Virus record (IMG/VR): IMGVR_UViG_3300046314_000658
DNA: 64,000 nucleotides
Reading direction: 5' to 3' (one strand)
From: a virus
Below, piece after piece: positions 1 to 9,639 of the stretch. The notes under the pieces were generated by a model, which did no database searches, was not told the DNA's origin, and saw only the letters and a program-made list of their open reading frames with translations. Every line of letters starts with the position of its first letter. The stretch's first letter is position 1. The position numbers and the translations under genes were made by a program.

Positions 1-168
1 ACACGAGATGCAAGAGAAGACTGCAGGAATGTCTATTGCAGAATACATTGCAGTCCTGCAAGAGTTTGCAGCAAGTAATCCAAATGCACGAATCGTCGAT
101 CAGTGGGATGATGAAGTTTGTTATCCAAGCATCAAACAGGTAGATGGGTATAAAAATCTATTCACATG

Positions 169-197
169 TTGACCTAGAATGAATTAGGGTAGATAAT
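169..197 (+). promoter_or_regulatory. sigma70-type early promoter
   Basis: TTGACC-17-GATAAT; near copy at 1182. Confidence 0.8.
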
Positions 198-223
198 AGA
201 GTCATCTAATAGAGGAAAGCACC

Positions 224-520
224 ATGAAAAAAGTCACCAAATCTACTCTGAAATCGTTTGTCCGCAAGAATGAAGGAAAGTTGTTCATCAGGGTCAAGTC
301 GCGATTCGACGGGATGGTAGATGGTGCTATTGACTCAAGTGATCAAGCATTCTCACCCTGTGTATCATCAGACTGCCACTACGAACACAACATGGGTATC
401 CAGGGTGCTTGGTTGGTTCTTGGTTCACGTGACTACTTTACCGAATATACAGACAGCAAGTTCGCAGGGATTGAGGTATACAATAGCTGTGGTCACTTCG
501 TAATTGCAATCAAGAACTAA
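224..520 (+). CDS. hypothetical phage protein
   Basis: 98-aa ORF, GAGGA SD, follows promoter. Confidence 0.8.
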   Translation: MKKVTKSTLKSFVRKNEGKLFIRVKSRFDGMVDGAIDSSDQAFSPCVSSDCHYEHNMGIQGAWLVLGSRDYFTEYTDSKFAGIEVYNSCGHFVIAIKN

Positions 521-521
521 T

Positions 522-878
522 ATGAGCACGCTCTCTCAACTAGTAGCTAAGCAGGAATGCCGGTGCTACTATTGCGGTACGTCAATGTTGACTGCCTGTG
601 TTCGTGCGCACCCACAGCAAGCAACTGTTGAACACTTGATCGACAAATGGAGCAGCCCCAAGCACATCAAGATTGAGGATGAAGGTAACCTCGTCGCAGC
701 GTGCTATCAATACAATAACACTCGTGGGAACGCTCGCAACAAAATCGCCAGGAACTACTACAAGCAAATGAACGGTGCGAGACATAAAAAGATTCAGGTA
801 GCGAGTACAAGCAGTAAGCAGCTATACAAAATGTTTGGACCTGTCCCACAAGAGCTATTCAGTCCGTTGACCTTTTGA
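522..878 (+). CDS. HNH endonuclease-like protein
   Basis: CYYCG, ATVEHL, NLVAACYQYN (the second Cys of CxxCN is Tyr); start moved to ATG 522. Confidence 0.7.
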   Translation: MSTLSQLVAKQECRCYYCGTSMLTACVRAHPQQATVEHLIDKWSSPKHIKIEDEGNLVAACYQYNNTRGNARNKIARNYYKQMNGARHKKIQVASTSSKQLYKMFGPVPQELFSPLTF

Positions 879-894
879 ATAAAAGGGTTATAAT
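867..894 (+). promoter_or_regulatory. sigma70-type early promoter
   Basis: TTGACC-16-TATAAT. Confidence 0.8.
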
Positions 895-919
895 AGACTC
901 TAACGCACAAAGGACAGAT

Positions 920-1177
920 ATGACCAATCAACAAGTACAGATCGAATATAAGCACATCGAAGGTTCACGCCACGACGGTCAGACTCGGTGGCGAGTAACT
1001 GTCTACACTGCAGCTACAGAATTCAGCAATGGACAACACCGGACATACAAGAAGGTTGTTCGCGCCTGGGAACACCCCTTAAAGTCAGTCCTCACGAATC
1101 ACATCAAGCAGATGTACAGCAATGATGAAATTGTTGAAGCACTTGACCTGACTCCAACTCAACCAGCTTTGTTCTAA
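920..1177 (+). CDS. hypothetical protein
   Basis: ATG 920 after AAGGA. Confidence 0.7.
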   Translation: MTNQQVQIEYKHIEGSRHDGQTRWRVTVYTAATEFSNGQHRTYKKVVRAWEHPLKSVLTNHIKQMYSNDEIVEALDLTPTQPALF

Positions 1178-1181
1178 CCTG

Positions 1182-1211
1182 TTGACCTAGAATGAACTAG
1201 GGTAGGATAAT
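1182..1211 (+). promoter_or_regulatory. sigma70-type early promoter
   Basis: TTGACC-18-GATAAT. Confidence 0.7.
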
Positions 1212-1235
1212 AACCTCAACAACTGGAATACTAAT

Positions 1236-1475
1236 ATGAATGTACGTGAGCTCCGGGAAGTACTAGAATCGCTTGAAGCAGAAGGTAAGGGAGAACTATC
1301 AATCAAGTTCTCCTACAACTACGGTGACCACTGGAGTACCAGAGTCGCAGCAGATGTTGATACAGTAGAGGCAGCAATTGTCAAGTATAGTGACTACCAC
1401 CAGATGCAGGTCATTGACAATGCGGAAGAAGATTTCACACCAGAAGATGCTCGTTGCGTCGTTATACTAAGGTAA
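1236..1475 (+). CDS. hypothetical protein
   Basis: 79-aa ORF after promoter. Confidence 0.75.
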   Translation: MNVRELREVLESLEAEGKGELSIKFSYNYGDHWSTRVAADVDTVEAAIVKYSDYHQMQVIDNAEEDFTPEDARCVVILR

Positions 1476-1482
1476 ATCAAAA

Positions 1483-1698
1483 ATGAAAGCACACGTTGTA
1501 ATCACTCACATCCAGTCCGGGAAGCAATGGACAGGTGAGCAGCAGGAATTGACAGAAGACGAATTCCTTGACCTAAAGAACACAATCATAGACAACATCA
1601 GTTACATGCGCTATGTCGAATCAGCAGAAGGACACATCCTACCAGGTGACTTCATTCGCAACCACTGTGTAATCACCTTTAATAAGCAGAGCAATTAA
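1483..1698 (+). CDS. hypothetical protein
   Basis: 71-aa ORF, AAGG SD. Confidence 0.7.
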   Translation: MKAHVVITHIQSGKQWTGEQQELTEDEFLDLKNTIIDNISYMRYVESAEGHILPGDFIRNHCVITFNKQSN

Positions 1699-1701
1699 AT
1701 G

Positions 1702-1729
1702 TTGACCTTAGCCCTAATTAGGGTACAAT
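1702..1729 (+). promoter_or_regulatory. sigma70-type early promoter
   Basis: TTGACC-16-TACAAT, with palindrome CCCTAATTAGGG in the spacer. Confidence 0.8.
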
Positions 1730-1757
1730 AGACCCTAACACGGATAAGGGAAAACAC

Positions 1758-2084
1758 ATGAACTCAATTGAAACTGGTATCACTAAGCTGATTGATCATA
1801 TGATTGTAGACTACGAGCGCTGGTTAATGAACTGCGCTAATCAGGACTATGCAAAGGTACAGCTACAACGATACAAAGACAGCTTCAGGGTGGATGGTGG
1901 TAAGAGCTACTTTAAAATTGTTGCATCAGATGCCGTGCGTGCCTTCATCGTAAAAGAAACAGGACAGAAGTTTAAAGCGGGAGATGTACTCAAGCCAGCA
2001 GGTTGGTCTACACCAGCCAAGAACTTTGCACGCGGTAATGTCTTGACAGAAGACTTCACAGCAATTGAATGGACAGGTGCATAA
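1758..2084 (+). CDS. conserved T4-like phage early protein
   Basis: GDVLKPAGWxTPAKNxARGN motif, recalled from a common myophage family. Confidence 0.75.
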   Translation: MNSIETGITKLIDHMIVDYERWLMNCANQDYAKVQLQRYKDSFRVDGGKSYFKIVASDAVRAFIVKETGQKFKAGDVLKPAGWSTPAKNFARGNVLTEDFTAIEWTGA

Positions 2085-2091
2085 CTCGATG

Positions 2092-2120
2092 TTGACCTAA
2101 GCCCTAAATGGGTATATAAT
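2092..2120 (+). promoter_or_regulatory. sigma70-type early promoter
   Basis: TTGACC-17-TATAAT. Confidence 0.85.
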
Positions 2121-2147
2121 AATCTCATATTACAAAGGACCTCTTAA

Positions 2148-2387
2148 ATGCTAACAAAAGATCAAATCATCTCTGCAATGTCACTTGATGCGGACGGAGT
2201 AACAGCAGCACTGCGCAATAACGACTATCAAGATGAAAGCGTTCTCACAGCTGTGTTCAAGGGAATGAATGACAATGGATCATTCGTCTACGAGTGCACT
2301 TACAATGATACGTACGATGCTACAGAACAAGCGTGCATGGTCTATATCCACTTCAATGAGCGCATGCAGATGGTAGCAGAGTATTGA
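2148..2387 (+). CDS. hypothetical protein
   Basis: 79-aa ORF, AAGGA SD. Confidence 0.75.
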   Translation: MLTKDQIISAMSLDADGVTAALRNNDYQDESVLTAVFKGMNDNGSFVYECTYNDTYDATEQACMVYIHFNERMQMVAEY

Positions 2388-2402
2388 TACGAAAAAGTTA
2401 AT

Positions 2403-2621
2403 ATGACCAAACTACCAGAGCCAATGGAGTTATCAAGTCCAGCAGACGAACGATCAGTCTACGGTTACACCGAAGCCCAGATGCTCCAGTTCCGGAGTGA
2501 TGCTTTAGATGAAGCGATTGATAGAATCAAAATGCTTCGTGAAGACTGGGGCGACCCAGCAGAAGAATCGGGGATGTCTAGTGCAATCTATGTAATCCGC
2601 AAACTAAAGGAAACTAAATGA
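2403..2621 (+). CDS. hypothetical protein (KLPxP..YTxxQMLQF family)
   Basis: Paralogue of 6153 and 9640. Confidence 0.75.
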   Translation: MTKLPEPMELSSPADERSVYGYTEAQMLQFRSDALDEAIDRIKMLREDWGDPAEESGMSSAIYVIRKLKETK

Positions 2622-2932
2622 CTAATACAATAGATTCACTTATGACCCTTGTAGATGAGCTAGAGTACGCAGCTAGAGAAGAAGCGCATGAATGTGCAGG
2701 AGCATACGAGGTTAACGCACTCATTGCAGCGCGTAAAGCTCTAGATGCGGCGCTGGCAGAAACGCAGCGTGACGCTAAACGGTATCGTTGGTTGCGTAGT
2801 AGCGATAACTGGCCTGAACTTATGGATGGTGTAGATGCAGCAATTATTTGCGGCTATGCCGGACATGAAGACCTGCTATCGGATAGCCAACTTGATAATG
2901 CAATTGACGCAGCTATGGAAGGTGCAGCATGA
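2618..2932 (+). CDS. hypothetical protein (DAxRYRW..LDxAIDAAM family)
   Basis: Paralogue of 9914; N-terminus shared with 3895. Confidence 0.8.
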   Translation: MTNTIDSLMTLVDELEYAAREEAHECAGAYEVNALIAARKALDAALAETQRDAKRYRWLRSSDNWPELMDGVDAAIICGYAGHEDLLSDSQLDNAIDAAMEGAA

Positions 2933-3168
2933 CCCAACTATCGATCGTATTAGAGGCGCTGGAAATTGCAGAGAAGCATCTTGCGTATGTCGAGATCAAT
3001 GAAGCCATCGCCAATGTGAAGCAGATGATGCGGACAGAGCCAATAGCGCGCGGTTTGCACGACAAGACCTATAATCAAGCAAAGAAAATTGCGAAAGGGT
3101 TCGGGTATGTGGAACCACGTTGGTTCAAGCCGTGGACGTGGTATAACGGTGTGGTAACAGTTGGTTGA
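2929..3168 (+). CDS. hypothetical protein
   Basis: N-terminal part similar to 10662. Confidence 0.7.
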   Translation: MTQLSIVLEALEIAEKHLAYVEINEAIANVKQMMRTEPIARGLHDKTYNQAKKIAKGFGYVEPRWFKPWTWYNGVVTVG

Positions 3169-3193
3169 CCTTTTGTGAATATGGGTATATAAT
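3165..3193 (+). promoter_or_regulatory. sigma70-type early promoter
   Basis: TTGACC-17-TATAAT. Confidence 0.85.
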
Positions 3194-3220
3194 AATCCCA
3201 TATTACAAAGGACCTCCTAA

Positions 3221-3448
3221 ATGCAATACCAGTGCTTCTACCTGTCGGAGAACTACAAGCTCGCTCACGAAGATGGTGCAGAGGTTTTATTCGAGACAGA
3301 CAATCTTGGTGAAGCGTGCGGGTTCATCCACAACAAGTACCGCGAAGAAGGTCGAGACATTGCTGTATATCAGCCTCGCTTGCAAGGGTATCGTGACTAC
3401 TACCGCAAGCCAGCACGTGATGCAAAAGGTCGTTACACCAAACGCTAA
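3221..3448 (+). CDS. hypothetical protein
   Basis: 75-aa ORF; leader TATTACAAAGGACCTC is shared with the 2148 gene. Confidence 0.75.
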   Translation: MQYQCFYLSENYKLAHEDGAEVLFETDNLGEACGFIHNKYREEGRDIAVYQPRLQGYRDYYRKPARDAKGRYTKR

Positions 3449-3464
3449 TATAATAGGAAATCAC

Positions 3465-3905
3465 ATGGGAATAACGATCCGACAACCAAATCAGCGAATC
3501 AAACAAGATCGATTAGCAGGTGCGACAAACCCGTTATGCTCCTACTGTGGGAATCGGTTTAACCTTGTCACCGGTGCAGTCATATACCCGCACAGACCAG
3601 ATTTATTCAGCAAGTGGTTCTATCAGTGTGCACCGTGCAATGCCTATGTTGGATGCCACTCAACAGGAGATGGTAAGTCTCCACTTGGTAGGCTGGCGGA
3701 TGCAGAGTTGCGCAGAGCGAAGTCTATCGCTCACGCAGCGTTTGATCCCCTGTGGAAAAACGGAAATATGAATCGACACCAAGCATACAAATACCTAGCG
3801 AAAGAGATGGGGATACCACCGAAGTCAGCTCATATAGGAATGTTTGATGTTGCGCAATGCAAGCGCGTTGTGAATATTGTGAAAGCACCACCCCATGACC
3901 ACTAA
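3465..3905 (+). CDS. DUF3268-like zinc-finger protein
   Basis: CSYCG, IYPHRPDL, CxxCxAYVGCH, PLGRLA, AHAAFDPLW, HIGMFD; start at ATG 3465. Confidence 0.8.
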   Translation: MGITIRQPNQRIKQDRLAGATNPLCSYCGNRFNLVTGAVIYPHRPDLFSKWFYQCAPCNAYVGCHSTGDGKSPLGRLADAELRRAKSIAHAAFDPLWKNGNMNRHQAYKYLAKEMGIPPKSAHIGMFDVAQCKRVVNIVKAPPHDH

Positions 3906-4182
3906 TACAATTGATACCTTAATGGTGTTGGCTGATGAATACGCCATACAGTGCACATTTATGCAGGATGGTGCTGGCTTGGCATTAGCGAACAAAGCTA
4001 GAGCAAAACTCCGCGCAGCACTTGCAAATGAAATGGAATCCATGCATAATCACGTTGGTGACAGCAGCTTCGAAGGTTGGTACCAGACTTACGACCAGCA
4101 ACAAGGAAATATGAAACAAATAGCGCGAGATGCCTACGCAGCGGGTATGGGCGATCCACTAATATCTAAAGGGAATGTATGA
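3895..4182 (+). CDS. hypothetical protein
   Basis: N-terminus TNTIDxLMxL as in 2618. Confidence 0.7.
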   Translation: MTTNTIDTLMVLADEYAIQCTFMQDGAGLALANKARAKLRAALANEMESMHNHVGDSSFEGWYQTYDQQQGNMKQIARDAYAAGMGDPLISKGNV

Positions 4183-4381
4183 GTAGTAAATTTTGGTTGT
4201 TGATTGATGGGTGCATTACAGCCCCATTCTGGATGCTTGGTTATGTGCTCAGTGCAGGGAATCGCGCAATCCGAACGGGGTGGCTAGCTTATGAATATAA
4301 CTACCAGCGCGCAAAAGAAGGAAAGTTGTAGCCTACAGGGATGTTGTATCTATACAATCGAATCAACTATTACACTACAGT

Positions 4382-4660
4382 ATGATAACAGCAAGTGAAG
4401 CAAGAACTCTAATCAAATCCTTCGATGGTGAAGTTGATCAATATCTAAAACACAATGTTGAACCAATGGTCATGGATAAAGCAGCTTCGGGTGAATGCAC
4501 TGCGTTCATTCAAATTGGGAATGTAAATGAATATGAACACATGAGCCAGAAGATAACTCCAACAGAACGAGCAGTCATGCATAGGTTGCACCAAAAGGGC
4601 TACACGGTGACTCTAGCAATGCGAGGCACATCAGACTTTGGCTTTAGCATTAGATGGTAA
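4382..4660 (+). CDS. hypothetical protein
   Basis: 92-aa [14 protein letters not shown]-like termini. Confidence 0.7.
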   Translation: MITASEARTLIKSFDGEVDQYLKHNVEPMVMDKAASGECTAFIQIGNVNEYEHMSQKITPTERAVMHRLHQKGYTVTLAMRGTSDFGFSIRW

Positions 4661-4679
4661 TCGAGAAGAATGTGCTACT

Positions 4680-5615
4680 ATGAAACAGATTCTGGTAACA
4701 GGTGGTGCAGGATTTCTGGGTAGCCATCTGTGTGATAGGTTAGTGGAGCAAGGGCACGTTGTCACATGCATTGATAACTATTCAACAGGTAGTCAAGCCA
4801 ACATTGCACACTTAATGAATAGATCCAACTTCACTGCAATTGAACACAATGTGTGCACTCCAATTAATCTAGAAGTTGATGAGATCTATAACCTTGCTTG
4901 CCCGGCAAGTCCACGATACTATCAACTCGATCCAATCAACACAATGAAAACTAATGTTATTGGTGCATACAATGTGTTGGGACTAGCAATGCGAACGGGT
5001 GCCAAGATTCTGCAAGCATCCACGAGCGAAGTATACGGCGATCCATTGCAGCACCCTAAGGTTGAATCTTATTGGGGTAATGTAAATCCAAATGGACTGC
5101 GTAGTTGCTACGATGAAGGTAAGCGCGCAGCAGAGACGATATTCACAGACTACAATCGAGTGTACGGTGTCCCGATAAAGATTGTACGGATCTTTAACAC
5201 ATATGGTCCTGGAATGGCAATAGATGATGGACGGGTTGTGAGCAACCTTATCGTGCAATCACTAAGAGGACAACCAATAACGATATACGGAAGTGGACAC
5301 CAGACTCGCAGCTTTTGCTACGTCGATGATCTAATAGACGCGATGATGCAGATGATGGGAACCAGTGATGATGTCTACGGACCAATCAATATTGGGAATC
5401 CAATGGAGTACTCCATAACTGAATTGGCACACATGATTACGCAAATTGCAAACAAATCAACATTAATAAGACAATTCCCACTACCACAAGATGACCCAGT
5501 GCGACGAAGACCAGATATAGCGAAGGCAATAGATGTACTTGGATGGTACCCAAAAATTTCGCTAGAGGATGGGCTGCAGAAGACAATTGAATATTTTAGA
5601 AAGAAACTAATATGA
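4680..5615 (+). CDS. uxs: UDP-glucuronate decarboxylase (UDP-xylose synthase) family, extended SDR
   Basis: [58 protein letters not shown], DDPxRRRPD. Confidence 0.9.
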   Translation: MKQILVTGGAGFLGSHLCDRLVEQGHVVTCIDNYSTGSQANIAHLMNRSNFTAIEHNVCTPINLEVDEIYNLACPASPRYYQLDPINTMKTNVIGAYNVLGLAMRTGAKILQASTSEVYGDPLQHPKVESYWGNVNPNGLRSCYDEGKRAAETIFTDYNRVYGVPIKIVRIFNTYGPGMAIDDGRVVSNLIVQSLRGQPITIYGSGHQTRSFCYVDDLIDAMMQMMGTSDDVYGPINIGNPMEYSITELAHMITQIANKSTLIRQFPLPQDDPVRRRPDIAKAIDVLGWYPKISLEDGLQKTIEYFRKKLI

Positions 5616-6142
5616 CAAAGACTACTCAATCATGGTTGACAGAAATTAAATCAAGCCCAGCAAAACTAGAGCACTGGCTGCAACGACAATATGTAGGTGA
5701 GGCACTTGCAGCAGACCGAATTCAAAAACTTGCAATTGCAATGAGCGGACAAGGTCGGAGAGAACTACTGCTAAAGAAGATTGCGAATGATGAATCGAAA
5801 CACTGCGAATGGATCAAACAACTTCTCATCAATAGAAGTATCCCACTGCCAGAAGTGACAATACACAATACGCGGTATTGGGAACCTATTCTAAATCATC
5901 TAACTTCGTTTGAGGAAATTGCAGGTGCAGGACATCACGCAGAGGGAATGCGGTTGGTAAGAATTAAAGCACTGGGAGCAGATCCAGAAATTGATGCAGA
6001 CATCCGAGAAGTATTTTTAAAAATTCTACCAGACGAAGAAATGCACACGAAGGCATTCGCAGCAATGAGTACGGCTGAAGCAATTGAATCGACCCGGACA
6101 TACCATAAAAATGGATTAGAGGCTCTGGGGTTGGAAATCTAA
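5612..6142 (+). CDS. ferritin-like di-iron protein
   Basis: Two E..ExxH sets (GE..DESKH; AE..DEEMH) in a helical protein. Confidence 0.75.
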   Translation: MTKTTQSWLTEIKSSPAKLEHWLQRQYVGEALAADRIQKLAIAMSGQGRRELLLKKIANDESKHCEWIKQLLINRSIPLPEVTIHNTRYWEPILNHLTSFEEIAGAGHHAEGMRLVRIKALGADPEIDADIREVFLKILPDEEMHTKAFAAMSTAEAIESTRTYHKNGLEALGLEI

Positions 6143-6152
6143 ATCAATTAAA

Positions 6153-6389
6153 ATGATACACAAATTACCCAAACCGTTCCGGGAGCAAGGACAGCAGATA
6201 GGACCAGATGGATATACAAAAGCGATCTGTGACTACTACACAGCAGAGCAAATGCTCCAATTCAGATGTGATGCAATGGAAGAAGCAGCTCAGCTGTGTA
6301 GGTCACTCGCTGTAACAGCCTGCAATGATTCAAACATTACCAGGCACGAATGTGCAGATGCTATCTGTGTCCTGGCAGGGAAGATGTAA
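6153..6389 (+). CDS. hypothetical protein (paralogue of 2403)
   Basis: KLPKP..YTAEQMLQFRCDAMEEA. Confidence 0.75.
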   Translation: MIHKLPKPFREQGQQIGPDGYTKAICDYYTAEQMLQFRCDAMEEAAQLCRSLAVTACNDSNITRHECADAICVLAGKM

Positions 6390-6411
6390 TACGTAAATGC
6401 CTGGTGATAAG

Positions 6412-6438
6412 AAAATGGGACTAGATGACCCATTTTTT
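6412..6438 (+). terminator. intrinsic terminator
   Basis: AAAATGGG-N9-CCCATTTTTT. Confidence 0.6.
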
Positions 6439-6439
6439 G

Positions 6440-6467
6440 TTGACCTTTTAATTAAATGGGTTATAAT
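6440..6467 (+). promoter_or_regulatory. sigma70-type early promoter
   Basis: TTGACC-16-TATAAT. Confidence 0.8.
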
Positions 6468-6496
6468 TTACTCATCTAAACGCAATGGGTAAAATT

Positions 6497-6850
6497 ATGA
6501 AACACGAAATCAAAGCTAATGATCGCGTATTAACTCCTGTGATGACGATTGGTCGTGTAATTTATATTAGTACAATCGATGCAATGGTAGAAACAGACAC
6601 ATATAACTACCCAATTGGATATAAACTAGACACGCTTGTATACATCCCGCAACTGCAATTTGCGAATGTAAAATTAGGTGTTGACCAAATTAAGCAAGGT
6701 GCAATGGTTATGGATAGGAACAACCGATTTCACTACATCACGCGACTTATTGACGTGCCGAAAGCTGGATGGGAAATCAACACAATGATTTGCACAACAA
6801 ACACTGCAATATCTTTTTATGCCCCAGACGACTTGACTTACATTGGGTAA
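6497..6850 (+). CDS. hypothetical protein
   Basis: ORF after promoter. Confidence 0.7.
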   Translation: MKHEIKANDRVLTPVMTIGRVIYISTIDAMVETDTYNYPIGYKLDTLVYIPQLQFANVKLGVDQIKQGAMVMDRNNRFHYITRLIDVPKAGWEINTMICTTNTAISFYAPDDLTYIG

Positions 6851-6866
6851 TCATCAACGTACAGTG

Positions 6867-6894
6867 TTGACCTTTCCCCTAAATGGGGGATAAT
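6867..6894 (+). promoter_or_regulatory. sigma70-type early promoter
   Basis: TTGACC-16-GATAAT. Confidence 0.75.
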
Positions 6895-7383
6895 AGACCC
6901 ATCGTGCGCACATAATACTAGAGTACACAAAAAATGATTGAATCACCAGACCAAGCATACGAGTTAGTAAAGACAGGTCAATGGACACTTGCAGAGTTTA
7001 GCCAATGGGTGACCCACTCTCGTACAGTTGTTGACCGTGCCTACAATGAAGGTTACAATGATGGGCGAAAAGATGAAGCAGAAATGGTCTACATCGGGGA
7101 TTGAAGATGACAAAAACAATTGATAGTCTTATCTCAGAAGCTGAAGTAGAAGTTATGGGTAATAACCCGTATAACGGCTCTCCAGAATTTCAAGGCTATG
7201 AAATTGACTCCAAAGAGTTGATCAAGCTAACCGTCCAGACAGTTTTGTTTCTAATCTCGGCTGAACAAGACAAGGCTGACCAGAACTGGCAATGTAAGGA
7301 TGGAATTCATATTTCTTGGAAGATTATGAAAGAATTTGGTTTGAAATAGGATTACTGTGCTATCTTAAAACAGGAGTTTATAA

Positions 7384-7599
7384 ATGACACAATACATCAA
7401 ATTTATCCGTACTCATAAACCAAGTGGCTCAAATTTTACTAGCACATTTGATGAGTCTCATGGATATTGTTTTTCAGATGACCAGAAAGATTATGGCTAC
7501 GACACGATGATGAAAGTCGCCGAATCACTTATTGAGCAATGGAACAGACGACAACCAGAAACTTGGTCTTACAAAATTAAAACGGAAGAAGCCGAATGA
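7384..7599 (+). CDS. hypothetical protein
   Basis: AGGAG SD, 71 aa. Confidence 0.7.
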   Translation: MTQYIKFIRTHKPSGSNFTSTFDESHGYCFSDDQKDYGYDTMMKVAESLIEQWNRRQPETWSYKIKTEEAE

Positions 7600-7922
7600 T
7601 AATTTATTACCACACTCGACTTGACGGAACCGACACTAAATTGGTCGGTGGTGCTCGAGAAGGAACTCTTCAGAACATTCTAGAAGATTTTACCGTAGAA
7701 TTTACACCAACCGGGCGAGCAATTTTTATTGATAGTAAGAACCGACGGGTAAACGTCTATACAAAAGTAGACCCTAGTGATCACCCTGGTTACGCAAAGG
7801 CTCGAACCGATTATCAAAAGAAGCAACGAGACCTTGAAGAAGAGATTTCAGAACGTCAGAAAAAGATTGAAAAGTTATTGAATGCTCTGAGTGATGAGGA
7901 AATTATCAAGCGACTGAGCTAA
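7596..7922 (+). CDS. hypothetical protein
   Basis: ATGA overlap, 108 aa. Confidence 0.75.
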   Translation: MIIYYHTRLDGTDTKLVGGAREGTLQNILEDFTVEFTPTGRAIFIDSKNRRVNVYTKVDPSDHPGYAKARTDYQKKQRDLEEEISERQKKIEKLLNALSDEEIIKRLS

Positions 7923-7971
7923 AATTGTGTTATAATAGATACATCTAAACGCAAAGGATTCAAAATGAAAA
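7914..7971 (+). repeat. about 57-bp direct repeat, copy 1 (stop codon, extended -10 promoter, RBS, start)
   Basis: CTGAGCTAAAATTGTGTTATAATAGATACATCTAAACGCAAAGGATTCAAAATGAAAA. Confidence 0.9.
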
Positions 7972-8519
7972 CTACCCTAAACAAAATCCGTTCTAACTCA
8001 CCTTGCACTTCTGGCTGGACTAAGCTGTTGAAGCACTTAGATAAAACTTGTGCAGATGACGTTGAACTCTCACTCCTAACAATCCTAGAGTCCAACGGTT
8101 TGGATGATGCTTTGTGGTGCTTGCGAGCCGTAGATGGCTTTGAAAAAGAAAAGCGTCTTTTAGCCGTAGCTTTCGCTCGTGAAGTCCAGCACCTTATGGA
8201 AGACCATAGGAGTATTGCTGCGCTCGATGTGGCTGAGAAGTTCGCTAACGGGGAGGCTACGCAGGGGGAGTTGGAGCTTGCTGCTCATGCTGCTGCTGCT
8301 GCTTCTGCTGCTGCTCGTGTTGCTGCTCGTGTTGCTGCTCGTGTTGCTGCTGCTTATGCTGCTCATGCTGCTGCTCGTGTTGCTGCTGCTGATGCTGCTG
8401 ATGCTGCTTATGATGCTTATGATGCTGCTGCTGCTGCTGCTGATTATGATGCTTATGATGATGCTTATGATGATATGAGAAACAAACAAGTACAAATACT
8501 AAAGAAATTCCTGAGCTAA
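7965..8519 (+). CDS. phage protein with Ala-rich low-complexity tract (Imm5-like family)
   Basis: PCxxGW..LDDALWCL..RLLA..AALDVAE..GEAT followed by (GCT)n-derived repeats. Confidence 0.7.
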   Translation: MKTTLNKIRSNSPCTSGWTKLLKHLDKTCADDVELSLLTILESNGLDDALWCLRAVDGFEKEKRLLAVAFAREVQHLMEDHRSIAALDVAEKFANGEATQGELELAAHAAAAASAAARVAARVAARVAAAYAAHAAARVAAADAADAAYDAYDAAAAAADYDAYDDAYDDMRNKQVQILKKFLS

Positions 8520-8567
8520 ATTGTGTTATAATAGAAACATCTAAACACAAAGGATTCAAAATGAAAA
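8511..8567 (+). repeat. about 57-bp direct repeat, copy 2
   Basis: Differs from copy 1 by one indel and two substitutions. Confidence 0.9.
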
Positions 8568-8809
8568 ATCGTAAAATCATCAAAATTGACAAGTCTAGGG
8601 CCGAATTTACGAAGTTGAAAGATGGTCGAACCAAAGTGACTGTCACAAAAGGTTACTTCAACGAGGATGATAACTGGACTATCTGGTTTCCAGAAGGAAC
8701 ACAAGACCAGTTCGGTTTTATTCCTAGCGCACTCGTTAAGAAGCGTATGATGCACGACTATGCGATTGAACTTGGGCACTATTCTTCGACCTTGAGCAGT
8801 GAGAAGTAA
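8561..8809 (+). CDS. hypothetical protein
   Basis: Starts within repeat copy 2. Confidence 0.7.
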   Translation: MKNRKIIKIDKSRAEFTKLKDGRTKVTVTKGYFNEDDNWTIWFPEGTQDQFGFIPSALVKKRMMHDYAIELGHYSSTLSSEK

Positions 8810-8811
8810 TC

Positions 8812-9123
8812 GTGGTAACGGTTCAAAAAGACTTTCGAGGTTCGTGGCGAGCTCGAACTGAATACGAGCTTGTGGATAATAAGCTCCTGCAGATTCAAAC
8901 AAGCAAAACTAGGAATGGAACAATCGCAACCTATGCCACAGTACAGGTCGTAGAAGGTGAATTTGTTACCTACAGAGCCTTCACAGACTTCTCGCAGTGC
9001 ATTGCTACCACAACTAATAGATGCACCTCTCGCAATGTCGCAGAGCAGCACACTCGCGCACTAGGTAAACTGGATGAGATTAAACAAGCGGTGACTGCCT
9101 GGTATCAAAAACTAGTTCCATAG
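8812..9123 (+). CDS. hypothetical phage protein
   Basis: 103-aa ORF. Confidence 0.7.
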   Translation: MVTVQKDFRGSWRARTEYELVDNKLLQIQTSKTRNGTIATYATVQVVEGEFVTYRAFTDFSQCIATTTNRCTSRNVAEQHTRALGKLDEIKQAVTAWYQKLVP

Positions 9124-9126
9124 TAG

Positions 9127-9155
9127 TTGACATTACCCTAAATTCGTATTATAAT
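9127..9155 (+). promoter_or_regulatory. sigma70 consensus promoter
   Basis: TTGACA-17-TATAAT. Confidence 0.85.
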
Positions 9156-9162
9156 ACAAATT

Positions 9163-9636
9163 ATGAAAATAGAACCAATTAAGTCCTTGTTCACTAAAGG
9201 TAAGATGAGCAAGGATTGCTTCGAGAACTACCCAGTCAAAGCAACTGATTATCCTAACTTGGTGAAAGCTATGGATGCAGCGCTGTTGCTAAATCAAACC
9301 ACCGCACCTCTACAGCCCATTACGTCACCTCCAAGTGGTTCAGAAGTAGGTAAGGGTATGATTGAGTTCCAGTGGCACAGAGCCTCTATTGACGAGCATA
9401 CAGACGATGTTGAGGAAGGTGTGTTCTTCCAGATGTACGTTGTGGATTTATTTTACAAAATTGATACACTTTCCGATAAACGCCCTCATTTTTCATGTTA
9501 TAATAGCTATAAGGAAAAGATGACCTCTAGACTAGAGAAGTATTCATCGGTTATCTTTATGCCTAGGTACGAGCACTCAATGGTTTATTATGGTGCTGAG
9601 TACCTTGTTGCGATTCGCTCTGTTTGTAAAGGATAA
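9163..9636 (+). CDS. hypothetical protein (probably leaderless mRNA)
   Basis: ATG lies 7 nt after the -10 box; no SD. Confidence 0.65.
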   Translation: MKIEPIKSLFTKGKMSKDCFENYPVKATDYPNLVKAMDAALLLNQTTAPLQPITSPPSGSEVGKGMIEFQWHRASIDEHTDDVEEGVFFQMYVVDLFYKIDTLSDKRPHFSCYNSYKEKMTSRLEKYSSVIFMPRYEHSMVYYGAEYLVAIRSVCKG

Positions 9637-9639
9637 AAT

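Noticed and set aside
3165-3905. 246-aa ORF as a single gene
   Set aside because: Its TTG start is the -35 box of a promoter; the real genes are 3221-3448 and 3465-3905
8160-8646. Poly-Leu, poly-Ser and poly-Gln/His ORFs
   Set aside because: Alternative-frame shadows of the GCT repeat in gene 7965, which has the SD and promoter
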